A program made the position numbers and the translations under genes. From an uncultured Saprospiraceae bacterium (GTDB lineage Bacteria > Bacteroidota > Bacteroidia > Chitinophagales > Saprospiraceae): a stretch of DNA of 64,000 bases. Positions 1 through 8,782 of the stretch are shown one piece after another (the first letter of the stretch is position 1; every line of letters begins with the position of its first letter). The notes under the pieces were generated by a model. The model saw only the letters and a program-made list of their open reading frames with translations. It made no database searches and had not been told where the DNA came from. Where the stretch lies: NCBI GenBank assembly GCA_964508085.1, contig CAZDTI010000001.1:74-64073 (forward strand), in the 5' to 3' direction.

Positions 1-375
1 TTTCCGAAAGCCCAAAGCCAAATCCTCCTTCCCTTCCTCAAATAAAGTTTTCAACAAAGCACCAAAGTTCGACTTGATCGAGGATTTATTAACGTCAAAA
101 TCTCGAAGGCTAGCCATCAAGGTCTCCGCCCCTTCTGAATCTTTCTTATGATATTCATCTGGCAGGTAGTGGTCAATGTCTATCAACTTCCCATCCATGT
201 CATAAAAACTCAGATTGGGGGAACGCTTGTACATTACTAACAATATACTTTCCTGAGGATTTTCGCCCATCAGCATTTGGAGGCGTTCTATTTCTAGGCC
301 TTGGACGCCGAGGTGGGTGTCGGTTTCGTAGTAGTCGGTGATAAGTTCGTGCTCGAATTGGTCTTTTATGGTCAT
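1..375 (-). CDS. hypothetical protein; its C-terminus runs off the window edge
   Basis: Not in the ORF track. Reverse-strand reading from ATG (375-373) gives MTIKDQFEHELITDYYETDTHLGVQGLEIERLQMLMGENPQ... and stays open to position 1. No domain recognised. Confidence 0.35.
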   Translation of the reverse strand, partial: MTIKDQFEHELITDYYETDTHLGVQGLEIERLQMLMGENPQESILLVMYKRSPNLSFYDMDGKLIDIDHYLPDEYHKKDSEGAETLMASLRDFDVNKSSIKSNFGALLKTLFEEGKEDLALGFRK

Positions 376-430
376 GTTTTGGTTTGCTTGGTGTCTTGTT
401 GCTTAATAAATGTATTGTTAAGACTAGTTT

Positions 431-772
431 TTATTGTTGTCCAGTATTTCCATCTCGTGTTATCTGTTTTAATTCTTCTATTCTAAATGATATAGCCGAA
501 TCTTCGAATATTTGTAAGTCATATATTCTCCAATTTTTATTTCTTATCTTAAAATTATATGATTCTATCTTAGTTGCTATCTCATCTAGTAAAGAGAAAA
601 CTTGTTCATTAGCAAGTTCTTCAAATTCTTGAAATGTCTTCTTTTGATTATCTGTGAAATTACTAGATATAAGCCTGCCTTGAAGCAAATTTTTAGTTTG
701 AGATTGTACATTTATTTCTCCACATAATTTTCCAGTTGAATCTTCTAATTCTAATACCATATTTGAATTCAA
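431..772 (-). CDS. hypothetical small protein (113 aa)
   Basis: ORF track entry. Same strand as and closely spaced with its neighbours. No recognisable motif. Confidence 0.35.
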   Translation of the reverse strand: MNSNMVLELEDSTGKLCGEINVQSQTKNLLQGRLISSNFTDNQKKTFQEFEELANEQVFSLLDEIATKIESYNFKIRNKNWRIYDLQIFEDSAISFRIEELKQITRDGNTGQQ

Positions 773-808
773 GTTTTTATTCTCATTTTTTATTAATCTC
801 CGCTTTTG

Positions 809-1306
809 TTATTTTTCAAACTTCTTTTCATTCGTCTCCCTTATCGGTATCCATATTTCTTCTTCTGAATTCGAGTCATTGTTCTTATACTTCTCCCCCA
901 ACACTTCAAAGTGAGGCCGATCATCTATTTGATAAGGAGAATTGGGTAACCATTCCCAAAATATATATTGATAAATAGAATGATCAGCACTTGAACCTTT
1001 ATAATCAAAAACGGCATAGAGTCCTTCTTTTAAAGTAAATGATTCCATCCCTGTTGGAACTTCATTGAAATCTTTCACTTCTACCGTTGCCCATTTTTCA
1101 AACTCCTTGTCAGGGCTGAAATTCTGATAATAGGTGGGGGCATAAATTTGCATGGAGATTTTGTCTTCCGTGACTCTGTTTTTGACTTCCTTGATTCTTG
1201 GTCCGAATCGTCCCCAGAGTTGACCTGTTTTGTTATTGGTCAAACTCATTTTTAGGTTGAAGCCGATTAGCTTTTTTTGTGTTAGGGTTTTTATTTTTGG
1301 ATTCAA
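809..1306 (-). CDS. GyrI-like / AraC-effector-binding-domain small-molecule binding protein
   Basis: 165 aa. The pattern ...LIGFNLKMS...QLWGRF...ISMQIY...WATVEV...GLYAVFDYKG...I..W...PHFEVLGEKY is typical of the GyrI-like (SOUL/effector-binding) fold. Confidence 0.55.
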   Translation of the reverse strand: MNPKIKTLTQKKLIGFNLKMSLTNNKTGQLWGRFGPRIKEVKNRVTEDKISMQIYAPTYYQNFSPDKEFEKWATVEVKDFNEVPTGMESFTLKEGLYAVFDYKGSSADHSIYQYIFWEWLPNSPYQIDDRPHFEVLGEKYKNNDSNSEEEIWIPIRETNEKKFEK

Positions 1307-1642
1307 TTTGGGTTGTTTTTGTACTATTCCTTATTTTTCGTTTTATTTACGCATAAGTCTGAAACTCACACCGTGCTCTGATGATCGCATTAGAGTGGCT
1401 AATTAAAGAACGACCAGACACCAACGTGAAATTATTGTTATATATAGAATCATTTACAAGTTTTATCCTGTACTATTTCTGCATCTAGATAATTTAACTT
1501 CACAGCTGTTTCTATATCAGAACATCCTCTCTTAATTGCTTTTAATTGGAGATAGAGCGTTCCTCTATGATACCAATATAACCCACTTGTTGAATCAATT
1601 GAAATTGCTTTGGAATAATCATCAATAGCTTTCTCAAATTCG

Positions 1643-2248
1643 TTATATCTTTCCCAAGTTAAACGCTTGATGGTATTCAGCCTCTAATTCAATAGCTTTA
1701 TTCAAGTCTTGTAAAGATTCATCGTATAATTTAAGCATTCTATTTGTAGCCCCTCTCTCTTTATATGCTCCTGAATCCATCGAATCTAATGCAATAGCAT
1801 TATCTAAGTTCCATTTAGCTTTTGTCCAATTTCCAACTTTATTATAACTTTCTCCTACCAATGAATAAATATGGCTAGTCTTAAACTTGCTTAAGTAAGG
1901 TTCTCCTAGTTGTATAACTTTTGAAAAGTTATTCTTCTCAAAATAGAAAACTATTTTATTCCTCAATGCGAATTTATAGCTCGGTTTTATATCAAGAGAA
2001 GTATTTAAACCTTTTAAAGTCAAAAGGCTATCATAGCCTAACTTAAAAGAAGCCCAACCTCTATTATTCAAAGCTTTATAATTCGAATCATCTAGTTTGA
2101 TCGCTTTATCATTAAGCTCATATATTAGTTCCCAATTATTTTCATTCTCTTTTTTTGTACTTTCAATTGATAACTTCATTGATTCTGGATCAATGCCTGA
2201 ATCACAAGCAATTGTAATTAACAATAAGATAATAAGATAATTTTTCAT
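1643..2248 (-). CDS. TPR-repeat lipoprotein (possibly truncated by a frameshift, see findings)
   Basis: Lipoprotein signal MKNYLIILLLITIAC. Repeated TPR-like A..N.G..y..lg.y..A..dl..AI.l blocks. Confidence 0.65.
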   Translation of the reverse strand: MKNYLIILLLITIACDSGIDPESMKLSIESTKKENENNWELIYELNDKAIKLDDSNYKALNNRGWASFKLGYDSLLTLKGLNTSLDIKPSYKFALRNKIVFYFEKNNFSKVIQLGEPYLSKFKTSHIYSLVGESYNKVGNWTKAKWNLDNAIALDSMDSGAYKERGATNRMLKLYDESLQDLNKAIELEAEYHQAFNLGKI

Positions 2249-2360
2249 GCTAACTCTTGTACTTAACGGCTTCTATATACACCGTTTCTCATATCTTGTC
2301 CCCCTCTCCCACTTGCAAATATAAATTAATATCCGTTTATTACAACACTAAACAAAACCA

Positions 2361-4901
2361 GTGCAAGAAGAACTCCTCTCCCCCATCATCCCCATCGAGC
2401 GTCGCCGCTATTGGAACGACTTCCAAAAGGAAAACCACCGCAGCGGCTGCACCCTCATTGAATTCTTGCCCAATACTAACAATAATCCTTCCTGGCATTC
2501 CTTTATAGATCGTTCTGCCTATAAAACACTCATCACCGGCAAAATTGCAAAGAACCTAAAAGTCATCGATTACAATGAAAATGATTTTGCGGGAAACCGC
2601 GACTTGAAATACCTTTTTGATACCATATTTATAGGGTCAAATAATTTTTGGAATGTCCTTCGAAAGTCGATTGAGCTAAAAGGCTTCTTTGTTCCGCTTT
2701 CAGAAATCGTGGAATTACCAAATTCGCAATTGTCAACTACCGTAAATTTACTCCGACTCAAAGCCCGGCATTTTCCCATTATTGACTGGCTGCGACAGGT
2801 GAAAGAAGAGACTTTAAGAAATGAGTACAATAAGGTTCCTGTTCCAGTAATCGGTGGCTGGTTCCACTTTCAATATTATGTCAGCTTTATCAAAAAAGTA
2901 GCAGAAGAATCACCAGTCCTTTTTCAGCAGGTAAAACCTTTATTGGTAAGCAAGACTTTATCAAAAGACTTCCATCAACAGCTTCCTTCTGCCCAATTGC
3001 TTTGTTTGATGATGGGCGCTTGCGAAAGTTATCACTTGAACCGAAAAGAGACTCCATTTTTAGAACGCTTCCTCGCCCAGGCTCATGAATCCGTAAAAGT
3101 GCATTGGGAAAGTTGCGGCGCTTCCTATCTATATTTTATATACCATGGTTTTGGTGGGCTCGCTTTGCCAAAAGATATTTTGACCGCTCAAAGGCTAAAA
3201 GAGCAGTTCTATGATTTTTTCAAAAACGACCTTCCTATTATTCAAATGCAAACCATTTTGAATAGTGAAGCCGATTCTGATTTTTGGAAACAGCTGCCCG
3301 TAGACATTCAGCAACAGTTTGGTGCCAACCGAAAGGTGTCACTGACAAAGCGAATGAAAAATCTCATTGGGAATGTCTCCATTCTTGATCGCATTCAAAG
3401 TTTCTCTGAGGAAGTCGTGGCTTTGCAAGAGCCAGCTCTGATTCCTCCATCCTCGCCTTGGATAAAAGAAGCCAGTTTAAAATGGTTTGAATTGACCAAA
3501 GAGGAAGAGTCTCTTTTCCTAGCTATGATCGACGGACATTTTAAAGCTACAGTTTTAACGGACTTAAATGTTATTGCTAAAGAAATACAACAACAATCTT
3601 ACATAGATTTACTTAATGGTTACACCGCACCATTCTTCAATTGGCAAAATTCAGAACATGGCATCATTCCTCAATGGACCGTCCTGCCTTCCGAGCAATC
3701 CGAAGAAGCAATCCAGTTATTTTTGCAAAAAAGAAGAGCAGAAAAAGAAGCCGAGGATCGATTGCGACGACAACTCATCGAACTCGGAAACATTAAAAAC
3801 GTACATGCCTTAGCAAAATTTCATGCGCGAACCAGCGGACAAGAGTTTGCATTCACCCACCTCCAGGAACAATGGATTACTGCTCTCGCCCAACACAAAA
3901 CAGTCCTCAACAACACCCGCAGCTACCGCATCCGCCGAATGAAGGAATTTGGTTTGCTGGACAAAGAAGAAAAGCCAACCGCCACCACCGAATCATTGCT
4001 AGACGAAATGCTTCAAATCGAAAAGGAGGTGACACCATATATATCATTCGTGAAAAACGCTTTCAAGTCGGCCTTGCCCATGCGTAAAACCACCGACTTC
4101 AATCCTTATCGTCATAGTCATGATGGCATCGAATTCGATCCAACCACCATCCAGGATCAAAACAAATGGTTAAGCGGCGAAGTGATGAAAACCTTGGAAG
4201 TCAAAATCAAAAAAGGAGATGCGGTCCAAATTAATGCTTTTGCACTGGATGCTTCCGGTTCTATGGATCACGGACGCATGCGAAACCTCTTCAAAATATT
4301 GTATCTGTTAATCCTCGGCCTAGAGGATCGAAAGACCTATGATGCCATTCACTTTTTCAGTACTGACTTCATGGAAGCAGCTAACTTTACAGATCATTTC
4401 ACCAGTAGAAAAGTATTATATAATGTACTGAAAAGTATTTCCTTTGTGAGCAGAGATAAAGGGGTTGTCTATGGTGGCTTCGGTGGTACCAACATCAGCG
4501 CTGGCCTCCGTGAATGCCACAAACAAGTAACAGAACTTTCTGAAAAGCTAAAGAAAGAACAACCCAATATGCTTCATCTCAGATCCATCTTCATCATAAC
4601 GGATGGCCGCCCGTCCCTTGGCATCACCAACTATGAAGAACTAGGAGAATTCGTCCAAACTAAAAGAGAGGAGGGCAATGTAGCCATCAAAGGCATCTAC
4701 CTAAAACCACCGGAGGATCAATCACAAGTTAACCTGAATATTTACAAACACCCTGGGGAATCCGGCTGGGGTTTCATGGAGACTATTTTTGGGAAAGACA
4801 ACTTTGTGGAGACGGACGATTTTGGGGAGGCGGTTCGGAAGTTTGTTTATGTGATGACATTGACCTTTCGGCGGCAGCGGATGGAGGCGGCGGGGAAGTA
4901 G
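2361..4901 (+). CDS. large cytoplasmic protein with C-terminal von Willebrand factor A (vWA) domain
   Basis: 846 aa. The only in-frame start after the upstream stop is GTG at 2361. MIDAS-type DxSxS motif in INAFALDASGSMDH, followed by ...GGTNISAGL... and ...IFIITDGRPS. The N-terminal ~600 aa are unrecognised. Confidence 0.7.
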   Translation: MQEELLSPIIPIERRRYWNDFQKENHRSGCTLIEFLPNTNNNPSWHSFIDRSAYKTLITGKIAKNLKVIDYNENDFAGNRDLKYLFDTIFIGSNNFWNVLRKSIELKGFFVPLSEIVELPNSQLSTTVNLLRLKARHFPIIDWLRQVKEETLRNEYNKVPVPVIGGWFHFQYYVSFIKKVAEESPVLFQQVKPLLVSKTLSKDFHQQLPSAQLLCLMMGACESYHLNRKETPFLERFLAQAHESVKVHWESCGASYLYFIYHGFGGLALPKDILTAQRLKEQFYDFFKNDLPIIQMQTILNSEADSDFWKQLPVDIQQQFGANRKVSLTKRMKNLIGNVSILDRIQSFSEEVVALQEPALIPPSSPWIKEASLKWFELTKEEESLFLAMIDGHFKATVLTDLNVIAKEIQQQSYIDLLNGYTAPFFNWQNSEHGIIPQWTVLPSEQSEEAIQLFLQKRRAEKEAEDRLRRQLIELGNIKNVHALAKFHARTSGQEFAFTHLQEQWITALAQHKTVLNNTRSYRIRRMKEFGLLDKEEKPTATTESLLDEMLQIEKEVTPYISFVKNAFKSALPMRKTTDFNPYRHSHDGIEFDPTTIQDQNKWLSGEVMKTLEVKIKKGDAVQINAFALDASGSMDHGRMRNLFKILYLLILGLEDRKTYDAIHFFSTDFMEAANFTDHFTSRKVLYNVLKSISFVSRDKGVVYGGFGGTNISAGLRECHKQVTELSEKLKKEQPNMLHLRSIFIITDGRPSLGITNYEELGEFVQTKREEGNVAIKGIYLKPPEDQSQVNLNIYKHPGESGWGFMETIFGKDNFVETDDFGEAVRKFVYVMTLTFRRQRMEAAGK

Positions 4902-4948
4902 GCTATGAATAAAAGTTATGGTTATTGACAAATCTTGTGAAGTCAACA

Positions 4949-5141
4949 ATTTTGCCAGCACTACCCCCAGCCCCTAAAGGGGAGCTTCAGCGCGCCAAAC
5001 GCACAGAACGTAAATAGAGAATCAAGTTTTATCTTATTGGTCAGTAATATTTTTGAGGTATTAGTGGGAAGCGGGTGGATGCTCCCCCTTCGGCAAGCTC
5101 AGGGCGGGCTCTTTAGGGGCTGGGGGCTGCGCTGGCAAAAT
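4949..5141. repeat. MITE-like GC-rich element with ~33-bp imperfect terminal inverted repeats
   Basis: ATTTTGCCAGC (4949-4959) and CCCCCAGCCCCTAAAG (4964-4979) are mirrored by CTTTAGGGGCTGGGGG (5111-5126) and GCTGGCAAAAT (5131-5141). It is a GC-rich island in an AT-rich intergenic region. Confidence 0.5.
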
Positions 5142-5248
5142 ATAAAATTGAATTTCAATCGAAATTGTATTGTTACAAATATTGAATATTCCTCTCTACG
5201 TTTTCGAAAAACAAATTGCTACCTTTAAGCACAAAAAACAAAACCAAA

Positions 5249-8200
5249 ATGCGTCAACTCCTCATTCTACTATTTGCCCAATTCCTAGTCCTCCAATTCA
5301 CCTTCGCCCAACCCTCCAATGACGATTGTCCCCAAGCCATTGACCTCGGCGAAGCCCCCTCCTGCCCTACTGACATTTATAACAATATAAACGCAACGCC
5401 CTCTACCATAGCGACTAACCTCGCCGACAACATTCCTTCTTGCTGGTTTACCAATGAGAACAATGATGTCTGGTTTTCTTTTATGACACCAGCCAATGGA
5501 AGTATTCTTGATTTTTCCATTACCGTAGGTGGCGCGCCGGGTGGGCCTAACAATCAACCATTGGTTCAACCACAAATTGCATTATACCGAGGCGACTGTA
5601 ACATTGATGAACTATCCGAATTGGCCTGTGGTAGTTTTGTTTTTGGACAAAGTATTATAAATCTGGAAGTCTTAGGCTTAGATCCGGCTACCACATATTA
5701 TCTTCGAGTCAATGATTTCTCTTCGACAGCTACTCCCAATTGGGGAGACTTTATGGTCTGTGTAGATTCTATTTCTAATGCGGTCAATGTGCAGGCCACC
5801 GCTTCATCGGAAGCAATTTGTAGTGGTACTGTTACGCAATTAAACGCAACGGGTGTAGACGATGTCGATTTTTTCGTCTGGGAACCTGGAGCTTCACTTT
5901 CCGATCCAAATAGTCCCACACCAACAGCTTCGCCCACCACTACAACAACCTATACCCTTTCTGCGATTAACCTTGGAGACAACTTGGTTAACAATGGAGA
6001 TTTTGAAATGGGGGATACTGGTTTTATAACTGACTATGTAAATGGCTTCGATTCTTTGCCGCAACAAGTTTGGGGCCCGCTTGGCTATGCAGGGACCTAT
6101 GTCGTCTCGGATGATCCTGTGGCTTCACATAGCAATTTTGCTCCCTGCGGAGACCATACTTCAGGATCTGGAAATATGATGATTTCCAATGGTTCAGGCG
6201 TGGCGGGGGAATCCATTTGGTGCCAAACTGTTTCCACAGAACCCAACACAGACTACCTTTTTTCCGCTTGGGTAGCCACTATGGTTTCTCAGAATCCAGC
6301 CAACCTACAGTTTTCTGTAAACGGTTTTTTGATTGGTACTCCTTTCGCAGCTCCCTTTTTCACTTGTGACTGGCAACAATTTTCCAGCACCTGGAACTCC
6401 GGTGTTTCTGTTAGTGCTGAACTTTGTATCTCTAATCAAAATACGGTTTTGAGTGGCAATGATTTTGCGCTAGATGACATTAACTTTTCTATTTTTTCAG
6501 AGGGCGAATCTTCTGTCGCCGTAAATGTATCTGATCCTCAAATAACCGTAGTTAATCAAATGGATGCCACTTGTACAGGCGTTTGCGATGGCATGATAGA
6601 AATTACGGTTGCTGGTAGTTTACCGAATTTGAACATTAGTTATCTATGGAGTGATGGGCAGACATCTGCTCTTGCCAGTAATTTGTGTGCAGGTTCTTAT
6701 ACCGTCACTATTACGGATGATTTGGGCTGTAGCCAAACAGAAACCATAATTATAGACGAATCGGTTTTTTCCTTTTCGGTAAATGAATTAGCAACTCCTG
6801 CTTGCGAAACTCAACAAGATGCAGACGTGAGCCTTATTTTCGGTAACGGAACTGCTCCATATACCATTAACTGGAGTTCTGGTGGCATGGGAATAACAGA
6901 AGAAGGCTTAACTAATGGCCAATACTCCGTGACCGTTGAAGATGCAAACGGTTGTAACGCCAGCCAGGATTTCAGCATCAGCTTGTTTCCAGGTTTACTT
7001 CCTGTTGAAATTGCTATCCAAGGAGGAGATACCATCTGTGCTGGTGAATTCGTAACCTTAACCGCAAGTGGCGCAAACACAGGTATCTTTGAATGGAGCA
7101 ATGGCTTTCCAACTAGCGTTATAACCGTTAGTCCAATGGAAGAAACAAACTATATTGTTAGCTCCTCTGCCCCAGGTCAAGAGCTAATCGTTAATGGTGA
7201 TTTTGAACAAGGGAACATTGGTTTCACCAGCGATCACGATTTCCACCAATTGCCAAGTAATGGAATGTGCCAGTCTTGTTATGGTGTTGCTCCTTCACCT
7301 CCAGATGCCTGGACCCAATGTGGTGACCATACTTCCGGAGGAGGAAACCAAATGGTATTCAATGCCGCAACGACTCCTGGACTCAGCAGTTGGTGCCAAA
7401 CCATTTCTGTAACACCTAATACTGATTACAACTTTTCTTTTTGGGCGCAAACCATTAACAGCGGATCTCCGGCAGACCTTTCTGTTTCTTTTAATAATAC
7501 AGCTATTCCCGGATCCCTACCATTAGGTGCTACTAGCTGTGACTGGCAACAGTTCACCAATATCTGGAATTCGGGAGCACAGACTTCTGTTCTTATTTGC
7601 ATCAATAATTTAGAACTCAATGGAGGCGGGAACGACTGGGCTTTGGATGACATCAGTTTTCAGGCGATCTGTTCCTCTACTGCAGAAGAAACAATCTATG
7701 TCTCTAATTTAGAAGCTTCTATTATTAGTCAAACAGATATTAATTGTGATAACTTATCGGGAGTAGCTTCTGTTTCTGCAACTGGAGGATTTTCTCCTTA
7801 TAATTTTCTTTGGGATGATGGCAATAGTGGCTCCATTAACAATGAACTTACAGTTGGTATGCATACGGTCACGGTTTCTGATATGGGGAATTATTGTGAG
7901 GAGATATTGAGTTTAGAAATTTCAACTGAACCCATTCCCGAGATTCTTGCACTAGAAATCATTCGAGGGGATTGCGACCCAGAAAACAACAATGAAGAAT
8001 TTCCAAATGCCATCCAAGTCAAAATGACGGGAGGCGTACCTCCTTACATCTTTAGTATTGATGGTGGTATAACAACACAAACCGACTCTTTATTTGAAAA
8101 CTTAATTGGCCTTTCCAGTATTAGTGGTCAGACCATAATTGCTACAGATGCTAATGGATGTGAGGCTGTAGCTAGCACTCCATTAACAGAAGGTGGCCCT

Positions 8201-8680
8201 ATAACCGTTTCTATAAATAGTAGTGAAACTGTTCTCTGCGATTCAGAAATAACACTTAACTTTAATTCTAATGCAAGCATGATAGACAGTATTCTTTGGT
8301 CAACTGGCGAGGACAATACCGATAACATTACTATTACAGAAATTGGTATTTATGACGTTCACATTTGGAATAGCAGAAATTGCCTAGCAAAAGACTCGAT
8401 TCTAATAGAAGAATGCGGTATCTATGCCATACCAAATGCGTTCACTCCCGATGGCGATGGCGTCAATGATCACTTTGGTATCATCTCACAAGGTGATGTG
8501 GAAGTTTTGGAGTTTGCCATTTATAACCGCTGGGGTAAAGAAGTTTACAATGGCACTGGTTCTTGGGATGGTGTTCATGCTGGCGCGCCACATCCGATGG
8601 ATGTATTGATTTATCGGATGGTGGTGGTGGCCCAGGGAGTAGAGGAGGTGCTGAAAGGAGAAGTAACTTTGATAAGGTAA
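5249..8680 (+). CDS. secreted multi-domain adhesin-like protein with gliding-motility C-terminal (T9SS type B) sorting domain
   Basis: Signal peptide MRQLLILLFAQFLVLQFTFAQ starts at ATG 5249. SprB-type Cys-rich repeats (ATCTGVCDGMIEITVAG). Two CBM-like modules. C-terminus IPNAFTPDGDGVNDHF...NRWGKEVY...KGEVTLIR. Confidence 0.85.
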   Translation: MRQLLILLFAQFLVLQFTFAQPSNDDCPQAIDLGEAPSCPTDIYNNINATPSTIATNLADNIPSCWFTNENNDVWFSFMTPANGSILDFSITVGGAPGGPNNQPLVQPQIALYRGDCNIDELSELACGSFVFGQSIINLEVLGLDPATTYYLRVNDFSSTATPNWGDFMVCVDSISNAVNVQATASSEAICSGTVTQLNATGVDDVDFFVWEPGASLSDPNSPTPTASPTTTTTYTLSAINLGDNLVNNGDFEMGDTGFITDYVNGFDSLPQQVWGPLGYAGTYVVSDDPVASHSNFAPCGDHTSGSGNMMISNGSGVAGESIWCQTVSTEPNTDYLFSAWVATMVSQNPANLQFSVNGFLIGTPFAAPFFTCDWQQFSSTWNSGVSVSAELCISNQNTVLSGNDFALDDINFSIFSEGESSVAVNVSDPQITVVNQMDATCTGVCDGMIEITVAGSLPNLNISYLWSDGQTSALASNLCAGSYTVTITDDLGCSQTETIIIDESVFSFSVNELATPACETQQDADVSLIFGNGTAPYTINWSSGGMGITEEGLTNGQYSVTVEDANGCNASQDFSISLFPGLLPVEIAIQGGDTICAGEFVTLTASGANTGIFEWSNGFPTSVITVSPMEETNYIVSSSAPGQELIVNGDFEQGNIGFTSDHDFHQLPSNGMCQSCYGVAPSPPDAWTQCGDHTSGGGNQMVFNAATTPGLSSWCQTISVTPNTDYNFSFWAQTINSGSPADLSVSFNNTAIPGSLPLGATSCDWQQFTNIWNSGAQTSVLICINNLELNGGGNDWALDDISFQAICSSTAEETIYVSNLEASIISQTDINCDNLSGVASVSATGGFSPYNFLWDDGNSGSINNELTVGMHTVTVSDMGNYCEEILSLEISTEPIPEILALEIIRGDCDPENNNEEFPNAIQVKMTGGVPPYIFSIDGGITTQTDSLFENLIGLSSISGQTIIATDANGCEAVASTPLTEGGPITVSINSSETVLCDSEITLNFNSNASMIDSILWSTGEDNTDNITITEIGIYDVHIWNSRNCLAKDSILIEECGIYAIPNAFTPDGDGVNDHFGIISQGDVEVLEFAIYNRWGKEVYNGTGSWDGVHAGAPHPMDVLIYRMVVVAQGVEEVLKGEVTLIR

Positions 8681-8782
8681 TTCCTCGACGCACTCGTGCC
8701 TCGCTTGCTCGGAATGACAGTTAGTTCCAAAAGGATTAGCTATATTACAAAATATAAGACACAAAGAAAACAACAAAAATTG

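Noticed and set aside
5037-5228. 63-aa ORF (…LRQAQGGLFRGWGLRW…) upstream of the adhesin
   Set aside because: It is read through the MITE-like inverted-repeat element, and its Gly/Arg/Trp-rich translation is typical of GC-rich repeat DNA rather than a gene.
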